This document shows, piece by piece, positions 39,701 through 48,411 of a DNA stretch of 64,000 nt. The notes beneath the pieces are model-generated. The model was not told the DNA's origin, made no database searches, and saw nothing but the letters and a program-made list of their open reading frames with translations. The DNA comes from an uncultured Gemmatimonadaceae bacterium. Lineage in GTDB: Bacteria; Gemmatimonadota; Gemmatimonadetes; Gemmatimonadales; GWC2-71-9. Numbering within the stretch: the first letter of the stretch is position 1; the number at the start of each line of letters is the position of its first letter. The stretch spans positions 10,644 through 74,643 of the forward strand of contig CAZNDK010000003.1 in NCBI GenBank assembly GCA_964571795.1. The letters run 5' to 3'. A program made the translations under genes and the position numbers.

Positions 39701-39807
39701 GGTTCCAGCCGGCAGCCGAGTTCAAGCCGTTCGACCCGATCCCGGTTGCCCCGGGGCGGGGGTGGCTGCTCATTTTCGAGCCGGCGGCCGCTTCCCCGGG
39801 GTCGTGA
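36754..39807 (+). CDS. Large secreted protein, putative glycoside hydrolase-like (GH123/DUF4091-type TIM-barrel region, tentative)
   Basis: Track ORF 36739-39807, with the ATG at 36754. Signal-like 'ALIALAMGLICSTAAAQE'. The C-terminal region 'NTVNVHHATAINPFINYPF...IRVKIYYTVRELT...GIDGLYIDDVAFDR' resembles glycosidase-like families. The assignment is unverified. Confidence 0.58.
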   Translation: MHIRHTRPSTGRFLASTSRSSALIALAMGLICSTAAAQEPVYRTGTWPADSFGNHRVVLTVAAAAPAVWAHLPWRRPDLSPDQKGVWVVDARTGRRILNVFRGSITRESGDIAFEPTSGPGEYYVYYLRYAGSVTSNYPKLTYPGPDSTASAAWLALFNPLQLDRLPPARVVAFESADTLDSFYPMQVIATRAETERVLGQASGARFLVFPEDRTHPIVMPADLPLRWVSRTGPPSFTGTASRGEFYAFQLGVWAARAPLSDVRVAFEPLTGPAGSIPADGFRCFNQGGVDWRGRGFSTPVHVPQGRIQPLWCGVQVPLGARPGEYRGRLTVGATGTPGVPVSIALIVTPDTIRNAGADEPWRLARLAWLDSRLEEDHGIVPPYTPVSRRGDTLGVLGRQLVLGKDGLPSALRSFYTLEMTSIGTQGRSLLAGPVRLVAEDADGRELTWTPGGFRIVEHDTGMFAWQAASTAGPLRMALSGSLEFDGNAEFAMALTANAAVALRDIRLEIPLRPDVAKYMMGLGVKGGRRPDSLDWAWEVKHNQDGAWLGDVNAGVQFSLKDDNYSRPLNTNFYLSKPLIMPASWANAGRGGCRLRARKEAYTVVCYSGARTMAAGEVQHYDFRLLLTPFHPIDTKAQWATRYFHAYVPLDSVAKMGANTVNVHHATAINPFINYPFLRPGAMKDYVDSAHAMGIRVKIYYTVRELTNHAPEIPALRSLGTEVIAPGPGGGASWLQEHLDTNYIGGWYVPPIRDAAVVNTGISRWHNFYVEGLDWLVENVGIDGLYIDDVAFDRSIMVRVRKALTRGRPAPLIDLHSANQYNPRDGFASSANLYLEHFPFIDRLWFGEYFDYNASPDYWLVEMSGIPYGLMGEMLEGGGNPWRGMLFGMTNRLPWSGDPRELWKFWDTWRIQDTRMIGFWVPGSPVRTGRPDVLATVYQGQGRSIVAVASWAPDTARALLAVDWNRLGLDPARARVVAPALPGFQPAAEFKPFDPIPVAPGRGWLLIFEPAAASPGS

Positions 39808-39834
39808 CAGATTTCCTTCAACAGGGGCACCCTC

Positions 39835-40098
39835 ATGGCAACCATGCGCGACAAGCTCAACGAGACCCTCGCAAAGCTCGAGCAGGAGCGCGACGAGCTC
39901 CGGGTCCGGCTGCACCTCGGCAAGGCGGAGGCGAAGGAAGAGTGGGACAAGCTCGACTCCCGGATCGCAGAGATGCGCAGCCGGCTCGACCGCGCCGGTG
40001 ACGAGGCCGGCGAGGTGATGGAGGACGTGGCGGCGGCCGCCAAGCTCCTCGGCGAAGAGATCCGGACCGGGTTCGACCGCGTCCGACGGATGCTGTGA
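39835..40098 (+). CDS. Small coiled-coil protein (87 aa), hypothetical
   Basis: Track ORF. The sequence is heptad-like and rich in charged residues (MATMRDKLNETLAKLEQERDELRVRLHLGKAEAKEEWDKL...). Its stop overlaps the next gene's GTG. Confidence 0.5.
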   Translation: MATMRDKLNETLAKLEQERDELRVRLHLGKAEAKEEWDKLDSRIAEMRSRLDRAGDEAGEVMEDVAAAAKLLGEEIRTGFDRVRRML

Positions 40099-40577
40099 CC
40101 GGCCCTCGAGCGGTACCGCCCGACGCCCACCGGCTCGACCACCGCGTCCTCGTCAACGCGCCCCGCGACAGGGTCTGGAAATTGGTGGAGGACCCCGCCG
40201 CCCTGATGCAGTGGGTCCACGGCATGAAGAGCGTGGCCGGTCCCGATGGCAGGCCAGGCGGGTTCGCGCTGGGCGCCACTTTCGTGCAGCGCATCCGGAT
40301 CGGGCTCGTCCCCACCGCATGCCGCGGCGAGGTCATCCACTTCCAGCCGCCGTCCCGGCTGGACGTCGTGGTGCATCACGCTCTCTTCGACCTGGACATC
40401 AGCTACCGGTTCGAGGCGGTCGGGCAGCAGACCGAGGTGGCCTGCGAAGCCGCGGTGCACGGACGGGCCCTGGGGACGGTCGTTCCCCGGGCCAAGGTGG
40501 AGCAGGTGACGAACACCATCCTGGAGGACCACCTCGGCGCGTTGCGGACGCTGGCCGAGGGGCGCCGACCGGGCTAG
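40095..40577 (+). CDS. SRPBCC (polyketide cyclase/START-like) family protein
   Basis: Track ORF, 160 aa. 'VLVNAPRDRVWKLVEDPAALMQW' is a typical SRPBCC N-terminus. GTGA overlap with the upstream gene. Confidence 0.72.
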   Translation: MTGPRAVPPDAHRLDHRVLVNAPRDRVWKLVEDPAALMQWVHGMKSVAGPDGRPGGFALGATFVQRIRIGLVPTACRGEVIHFQPPSRLDVVVHHALFDLDISYRFEAVGQQTEVACEAAVHGRALGTVVPRAKVEQVTNTILEDHLGALRTLAEGRRPG

Positions 40578-40609
40578 AATGATGGAGCGGGCCTACCCAC
40601 GGAGGATGC

Positions 40610-40738
40610 ATGCGGAGCGAGTTCATCGGGCCGATCGTCGTGGCGGTGTGCGTCTTCGCGTTCGGCTTCCTGCTCTTCCGGGGCATGGTGCTGGAGTGGC
40701 ACCGGCGGGACGGCGAATTCCGCGGGCAGTCCCACTAG
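40610..40738 (+). CDS. Small single-pass membrane peptide (42 aa), not in the ORF track
   Basis: Hand translation gives MRSEFIGPIVVAVCVFAFGFLLFRGMVLEWHRRDGEFRGQSH*. GGAGGA lies 4-5 nt upstream and GC3 is high. The overlapping track ORF 40579-40770 is Arg-rich and looks spurious. Confidence 0.4.
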   Translation: MRSEFIGPIVVAVCVFAFGFLLFRGMVLEWHRRDGEFRGQSH

Positions 40739-40766
40739 TTCGTTCACGGCACACTTCGAGACTCTC

Positions 40767-41237
40767 ATGACGCTCTCACGCTGGATTCCCCTCGCGCTCG
40801 CCGCGGCCGTGGCCGTCTCGCTGGGTGCCGCCTCGAGTGAACATCGGACCGATCCGGGGTCGGCCGCCGTGTCCGTCGTCACGGTATACAAGTCCGCCTC
40901 CTGCGGCTGCTGCGGCAAGTGGGTCGACTACCTCCGGGCCAACGGGTTCGAGGTCAAGGTGGTGGACATGGACGACCTCTCCGAGATCAAGTCGGCCTCG
41001 GGGGTGCCGCGGTCGCTCCAGACCTGCCACACCGCCATCGTGGAGGGCTACGTCGTCGAGGGGCACGTGCCGGTGGACGCGCTCCGGACCCTGCTGCACG
41101 ACCGGCCGAAGGTGGCGGGCATCGGCGTGCCCGGCATGCCGGTCGGCTCGCCGGGCATGGACGGCACCCCGGCGCAGCACTATGACGTGATCGCGTGGGA
41201 CAAGACCGGCAAGACGAGCGTCTTCGCGAAGAAGTGA
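40767..41237 (+). CDS. DUF411 (CopG-like) periplasmic metal-binding protein
   Basis: Track ORF, 156 aa with a signal peptide. Contains 'SCGCCGKW', 'CHTAIVEGYVVEGHVP' and 'GIGVPGMPVGSPGM'. Confidence 0.8.
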   Translation: MTLSRWIPLALAAAVAVSLGAASSEHRTDPGSAAVSVVTVYKSASCGCCGKWVDYLRANGFEVKVVDMDDLSEIKSASGVPRSLQTCHTAIVEGYVVEGHVPVDALRTLLHDRPKVAGIGVPGMPVGSPGMDGTPAQHYDVIAWDKTGKTSVFAKK

Positions 41238-41527
41238 TTCCCCAGCGCCGACCGCCGCGCGAGGAAGCCACGCCGGAGTTCCAGGCGCGGCGCCAGGCGG
41301 CGGACGCGGCGGCGGACGCACTCCGCCGGCGCTCGCGCGTTGTTTCCCTCCTCTGGTTCTGCGGCTTTCAGCTCTTCGGCGCCGGCATCGCCTCGTACGC
41401 CTTTCACACCCGGGATGTAGATATCGGCTGGGCTGTCCTCTGGCTCGGCTATTTCGTCGGCAACGCCGGATCGTTCCTGACCGTCTGGTGGTTCTACTTC
41501 CGCCGCGAGTCACGGGGCGACTGGTAG
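41234..41527 (+). CDS. Small membrane protein (97 aa), hypothetical
   Basis: Track ORF 41195-41527 trimmed to the GTG at 41234, which overlaps the DUF411 TGA. Two predicted TM helices: 'VVSLLWFCGFQLFGAGIASYAF' and 'WAVLWLGYFVGNAGSFLTVWWFYF'. Confidence 0.5.
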   Translation: MIPQRRPPREEATPEFQARRQAADAAADALRRRSRVVSLLWFCGFQLFGAGIASYAFHTRDVDIGWAVLWLGYFVGNAGSFLTVWWFYFRRESRGDW

Positions 41528-41605
41528 TTGCGTGACGGAAACCCGGCCCCGGTGCCGGGCGTAGGGGAGGAGTCCTCGGCCCGCTCCTCCCACATCGAGA
41601 TTCAG

Positions 41606-42136
41606 ATGCCTCGCCTGCGCCGCCCCCTCGGTCATGCGGTTTCGGTCCTCGCATTCCTGTTCTGCTCCATGACCCGACTGTCGGCCCAGGCACCGCAGGG
41701 CTGCGCGTCTCCCGAACACCGTCAGTTTGACTTTTGGGTCGGCGACTGGAGCGTGACCACGCCGCAGGGCGACCTGGCGGGCACCAACCGCATCGAGCGG
41801 ACGCTCAAGGGCTGCGTGCTCGTGGAGAACTGGGTCGGCTCGAAGGGAGGGGCGGGGAACAGCTTCAACCTCTGGACCGCGGCCGACGGGAAGTGGCACC
41901 AGGTCTGGGTGGACGATTCCGGCAACATGCTGGAGCTTTCCGGCGGCCTGCAGGGAAGCAGCATGGTCCTCACCGGCACCCACCCGGCACCGGGCCGGCC
42001 GTCCGTCACCGTCACCGAGCGCATTACCTGGACGCCGCTCGACGGCGGCAAGGTGCGCCAGTTCTGGGAGTCTTCCACTGATGGAGGGACCACGTGGGCC
42101 TCGCAATTCGACGGGATCTACACGCGAACACGGTGA
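41606..42136 (+). CDS. Secreted hypothetical protein (176 aa)
   Basis: Track ORF 41528-42136 trimmed to MPRLRRPLGHAVSVLAFLFCSMTRLSAQA. Contains 'FDFWVGDWSV' and 'GCVLVENW'. I cannot name the family with confidence. Confidence 0.58.
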   Translation: MPRLRRPLGHAVSVLAFLFCSMTRLSAQAPQGCASPEHRQFDFWVGDWSVTTPQGDLAGTNRIERTLKGCVLVENWVGSKGGAGNSFNLWTAADGKWHQVWVDDSGNMLELSGGLQGSSMVLTGTHPAPGRPSVTVTERITWTPLDGGKVRQFWESSTDGGTTWASQFDGIYTRTR

Positions 42137-42152
42137 GGGTGGGGAACTCCTG

Positions 42153-43241
42153 ATGCACCGATCGACTGGGCGCGTCGCTGCGCTCCTGTTGATCAGCCTT
42201 GCGATGCGCCCCCCGGGCTCGCATGCACAGGCACTCCGCGGCCGGCTCGTGGACGCCTCGCCGGACGGGGCCATCGTCGGCGCCCTCGTGACGCTCCTCG
42301 ACTCCGGCGGCACCAGCATGGTGCAGGGTGTGAGCGGCACCACCGGACGCTTCCTGCTCCGCGCGCCGCACCCCGGCCACTTCACGCTCCGCGTGCTGCG
42401 GATCGGCTTCGCCCCCTGGGACACCGAAGTGCAATTGGCGTCCGGTGAGACCCTCGAGCGGACCCTCGTCCTGACCGACCTTCGCGTGGTGCTCCCCGAG
42501 GTGAAGGTGCAGGGACAGTTGCTCTGCGGCGCGGAGGCCCGGGAGGACTCGCTCTCGACGGTGCTCTGGGACCAGGCGCGGACTGCACTCTCCCTCACCA
42601 ACGAAGCGGTGAATTCCCTGCGGTTCCGGTTCTACACCGTCCTGCAGGATCGAATGGTGGACAGCGCCGAGACGCGATCCGTCGACCTGCCGGCCATCGA
42701 CGTGAGCAACCTCGTCACCCAGTGGCCGGTACGCAGTCCTCCGCCCGATTCGCTGCTGGCCAATGGATTCGTGATGAATCTCGAGGACCTTGTGGATGGG
42801 CCGAGCTGGTACGGACCGGACGCCGAATACCTGCTCTCCGAGCCCTTCTTCGCCGACCACTGCTTCCAGTTGGTCCCGCCCGGCGCGGGGCAGCCACCGG
42901 ACTGGGTAGGGCTCTCCTTCGCTCCGGGCCTCGCGAGCCCCCGTGCCGACATCCGGGGTGTGCTGTGGATCGACCGCGCGACCGCCGAACTTCGCCGCCT
43001 CGACTTTGCCTACACCAGGCTCCCGAGCTGGGCCCAGGGCCGCCATGCGTTCGGGCAGTTGGGGTTCTCGCCGCTGCCGGGCGGGGGGTGGATCGTGCAG
43101 CGCTGGATGCTCCGCGTGCCGATTCCCGAGGTCAACTACAACACCCGGAAGGCCCGCTTCCTCGAGTACAGGGAGTCGGGCGGCTACGTGTCGCAGGTGC
43201 TGACCGCCGAGGGCCAGGAGGTCGTCCAGTACCCCCGGTAG
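42153..43241 (+). CDS. Carboxypeptidase-regulatory-like domain protein, secreted
   Basis: Track ORF 42081-43241 trimmed to MHRSTGRVAALLLISLAMRPPGSHAQ. The N-terminal 'LRGRLVDASPDGAIVGALVTLLDSGG...GRFLLRAPHPGHFTLRVLRIGF' is CarboxypepD_reg-like. The C-terminal ~260 aa are unknown. Confidence 0.62.
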   Translation: MHRSTGRVAALLLISLAMRPPGSHAQALRGRLVDASPDGAIVGALVTLLDSGGTSMVQGVSGTTGRFLLRAPHPGHFTLRVLRIGFAPWDTEVQLASGETLERTLVLTDLRVVLPEVKVQGQLLCGAEAREDSLSTVLWDQARTALSLTNEAVNSLRFRFYTVLQDRMVDSAETRSVDLPAIDVSNLVTQWPVRSPPPDSLLANGFVMNLEDLVDGPSWYGPDAEYLLSEPFFADHCFQLVPPGAGQPPDWVGLSFAPGLASPRADIRGVLWIDRATAELRRLDFAYTRLPSWAQGRHAFGQLGFSPLPGGGWIVQRWMLRVPIPEVNYNTRKARFLEYRESGGYVSQVLTAEGQEVVQYPR

Positions 43242-43285
43242 GTCCCGCTTCCCCCCCGTCCCCCGGCGGCTAGCTTTCCCTGATC

Positions 43286-44656
43286 ATGCCGCCCCGCACG
43301 CCATTCCATGCCACCGCCGCGGAGTTCGTCGGCCGGGATCTGCCCGCACGCTTTCTCGAGGCGTGGGCCGACCTGGATGCGCCGGCCGCATGGCGCCGCC
43401 TCCTGCTGGCGGTGTCCGGGGGCACCGATTCCCTGGCGCTGCTCCACCTCCTCCACGAGACGCGCACCGCACACCGGCTCGAACTGGTCGTGGCCCACGC
43501 GGACCACGGAATTCATCCTGACAGCGCCTTGGTGGCGCGCCGCGTCTTCGAGGCTGGTTCTGCGCTCGGGCTGCCGGTCGTCGTGGGCCGCCTCGAGCTT
43601 GGTCCGGGCACCTCCGAGACCCGGGCCCGGGAGGCGCGCCACGAGTGGCTGCGCCGAGCCCGCGCGGCGGAGGGTGCTGATGCGGTGGCGTTTGCCCACC
43701 ACCGCGACGATCAGGTCGAGACCATCCTTATGCGGGTCCTCGCCGGAAGCGGACCGGCGGGGTTGGCGGGGATGCGCCCGCGGCAGGGCGATTCGATCCG
43801 TCCGCTCCTTGGTTTCTCGCGGGCGGAGCTCTCCGCCTACCTCGCCGCGCGCGGCGTCGCGGGCTGGGATGACCCGGCGAACCTCGACCCGGCGCACGAT
43901 CGCTCCTGGCTCCGGACGGTGGTGTTGCCCCTGCTCGCCGACAGGTCACCGGGCGTCCCGGAACGGATCCTCCGCGTCGGCCGACAGGCCGAGGGCGACC
44001 GCCGCGCCTGGTCCGCGGTACTCGACACCCTGCCGGGACTCGACGTCCGGTCCGGCGCGGGGCGCATTTCCGTTGCCGCCCTCCCGCTGGCCACCTATGA
44101 TTCCGCCCTCGCCGTCGCCCTGATTCAGGCCGTGGCGCGGCGGGTCGGGTGCGTGCTCGGCGCCGGCCGCGCCGGGCGGGTGCTCGAGCTCATGCGCCGT
44201 GGCCAGAGCGGCCGGACGGTCGAGCTCGGTGGCGGCTGGAATGCCGAGCTCGCCTTCGGCCGCCTGGCGTTCTTCCGCGTCCGGAGTGCCCCCTCGCCGA
44301 TCCTCCTCGCGGGGGCCAGTGGCCAAGTGGAGTGGGGCGGTTGGCGCGTGTCGTGGAGCCGCGGGCCGGCGCTTGCCCTCCACCGCCGCGACGGTTGGGT
44401 CGGGTGGTTCATCGGGCAAGGGGCGATCCTGCGGCCTCCCCGGGTGGGCGACCGGCTGGCGCCCCTCGGCGGGACGGGGCATCGCGCCGTGGCTCGGCTT
44501 CTCCAGGACGCACGCATCGAGCGGAGCCGGCGATCGGCCTGGCCGCTGGTGGAGCTCGGGGGCGAGGTGGCGTGGATTGCGGGCGTGTGCCGGGGCCGGG
44601 CCCATCTGCCTGGCGAAGGCGACGACGCACTGCGGATCGAGGTGAGCGGTGGATGA
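43286..44656 (+). CDS. tilS: tRNA(Ile)-lysidine synthase
   Basis: Track ORF, 456 aa. PP-loop 'LLAVSGGTDSLALLHLL'. It sits in the conserved tilS-hpt-ftsH arrangement. Confidence 0.85.
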   Translation: MPPRTPFHATAAEFVGRDLPARFLEAWADLDAPAAWRRLLLAVSGGTDSLALLHLLHETRTAHRLELVVAHADHGIHPDSALVARRVFEAGSALGLPVVVGRLELGPGTSETRAREARHEWLRRARAAEGADAVAFAHHRDDQVETILMRVLAGSGPAGLAGMRPRQGDSIRPLLGFSRAELSAYLAARGVAGWDDPANLDPAHDRSWLRTVVLPLLADRSPGVPERILRVGRQAEGDRRAWSAVLDTLPGLDVRSGAGRISVAALPLATYDSALAVALIQAVARRVGCVLGAGRAGRVLELMRRGQSGRTVELGGGWNAELAFGRLAFFRVRSAPSPILLAGASGQVEWGGWRVSWSRGPALALHRRDGWVGWFIGQGAILRPPRVGDRLAPLGGTGHRAVARLLQDARIERSRRSAWPLVELGGEVAWIAGVCRGRAHLPGEGDDALRIEVSGG

Positions 44657-45194
44657 CCTGGCGCGGCGGAGCGGAGGGCGGAAGGCCAAGTCGGTGATCT
44701 TCACCGCCGAACAGATCGCCACCCGGGTGGCGGCGCTCGGGCGCGAAATCACGGCGGCCTATCCGGAGGGCGACCTGCTCCTCCTCGGGCTCCTCAAGGG
44801 GAGCTTCATCTTCCTCGCCGACCTGGTCCGGGCGGTCGAACGGCCCCTCCAGGTCGACTTCCTAGTGGCCAGCAGCTACGGGGCGGGGACGGTCTCCAGC
44901 GGCAACGTGCGCCTCCTGTACGACCCGGCCACCGACCTCGCCGGGAAACATATTGTGGTCGTTGAGGATATAATTGACAGTGGGAGGACGCTGAAGCGGC
45001 TGGTTGAATTGCTTCGCGCGCGGCACCCGGCGAGCCTGTCGATCTGCACCCTGCTCGACAAGCGAATCGCCCCGGAACCGCCCCCGGAACTCCGGTTCGT
45101 CGGATTCCACGCCCCGCCGGCGTTCCTGGTCGGCTACGGGCTGGACCATGCCGAGGAGTGCCGGCACCTCCCCTACATCGTTGACCTGGACTGA
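44649..45194 (+). CDS. hpt: Hypoxanthine phosphoribosyltransferase
   Basis: Track ORF, 181 aa (GTG start). Contains 'LLKGSFIFLADL' and the PRPP motif 'HIVVVEDIIDSGRTL'. Confidence 0.9.
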   Translation: MDDLARRSGGRKAKSVIFTAEQIATRVAALGREITAAYPEGDLLLLGLLKGSFIFLADLVRAVERPLQVDFLVASSYGAGTVSSGNVRLLYDPATDLAGKHIVVVEDIIDSGRTLKRLVELLRARHPASLSICTLLDKRIAPEPPPELRFVGFHAPPAFLVGYGLDHAEECRHLPYIVDLD

Positions 45195-45197
45195 CGC

Positions 45198-47176
<1,979 letters not shown>

Positions 47177-47180
<4 letters not shown>

Positions 47181-48355
47181 AGGTGACGCCGCTCGCCGCG
47201 GCCTCGCCGGCGGCGGTCCGGGCGGCGCTCCGGGCAGGAGGATTCGAAGAGTGGAAAGCGGATGCGGCCGCCCAGGGGACTGAGGCGGCCGCATTGCGCT
47301 TGTCGGGACTCGACGAGGCCACCCGCGAGGCATTGGTTGCCTACGCCGGCGGCAAGCTCGGCCTCGACGTCCTGACCACCGACGACGGCGCCGTGGTGAG
47401 CGGCAGTCGGGCGCGGCTTCAGGCGCTCGCCCGCCCGTGGGTCGGTCCTCCGGAGCTGGCGGAGCTGGCCTTCCAGGTCGGCCTGGCCTTGCCGGTCGAA
47501 CTGCCCGGCATTTGGGTGACGGCCACCGGGAGCCTCGACCTCGACCGGCCGGTCATCGTCGGCATCCTGAACATCACGCCGGACAGCTTCAGCGATGGCG
47601 GCAGCCTCCCAACCGTCGAGTCCGCCGTGGCCCGCGCCGACGTTCTGCTGGCGGGGGGCGCGGCCATGCTGGACGTGGGTGGGGAGTCCACTCGCCCCGG
47701 CCGGCCCGACCCGGTGTCGGCCGAGGAAGAGATGTCGCGGGTGGTGCCGGTGGTAACTGCGCTCCGGCGTCGCTGGCCGGAGGTGCCGCTGTCGGTGGAC
47801 ACCGTGAAGGCCGTCACGGCGCGCGCCGCACTCGAGGCCGGCGCCAGCGCGGTCAACGACGTGTCCGGCCTCCGGCTTGACCCTGACATCGCCGGCGTGG
47901 TGGCGGAGGCGGGTGCCGGCGTCGTCCTGATGCACTCGCGCGGCGGCCTCGCGTCGATGGCCTCCTATGACGACGCCGACTACGGCGGAGACGTGGTGGG
48001 GGGCGTCATCGCGGAGCTCCGGGCGGCCGTCGAGCGCGCCACGTCCGCCGGCATCGGGGCGGACCACATCGTCATCGATCCCGGCTTCGGCTTTTCCAAG
48101 ACGGTCGAGCAGAACCTCGTCCTGGCCGACCAGTTGACGGCCCTCCGCGCCCTCGGCCGCCCGATCCTCGTCGGGCCGTCGCGCAAACGGTTTCTCGGCG
48201 CGGTGACGGGCCGGGAGCTGGCCGACCGCGACCGCGCCACCGCCGCCTTCTGTGCCCTGACGTACGCCCGCGGAGCGCGCCTCTTCCGCGTGCATGACCC
48301 CGCGGCCACGCGCGATGCGCTCGCACTGGCCCAAGCCCTCGGAGCCGCCCACTGA
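47177..48355 (+). CDS. folP: Dihydropteroate synthase with a ~110-aa N-terminal extension
   Basis: Track ORF, 392 aa. The GTG overlaps the ftsH TGA. DHPS core 'IVGILNITPDSFSDGG', 'DVGGESTRPG' and 'VNDVSG'. The N-terminal ~110 aa are in frame and coding-like but unassigned. Confidence 0.85.
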
Positions 48356-48411
48356 CCGCCGACGAGACCCGACGCCCGCCCTACCTCGCCGCCCTGGCGC
48401 TCTTTGCGCTG

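Noticed and set aside
40579-40770. 63-aa track ORF (MMERAYPRRMHAERVHRADRRGG...).
   Set aside because: The composition is Arg-rich with poor codon bias. The +1-shifted 42-aa frame starting at 40610 has an SD, a TM helix and GC3 bias, so I prefer that frame.
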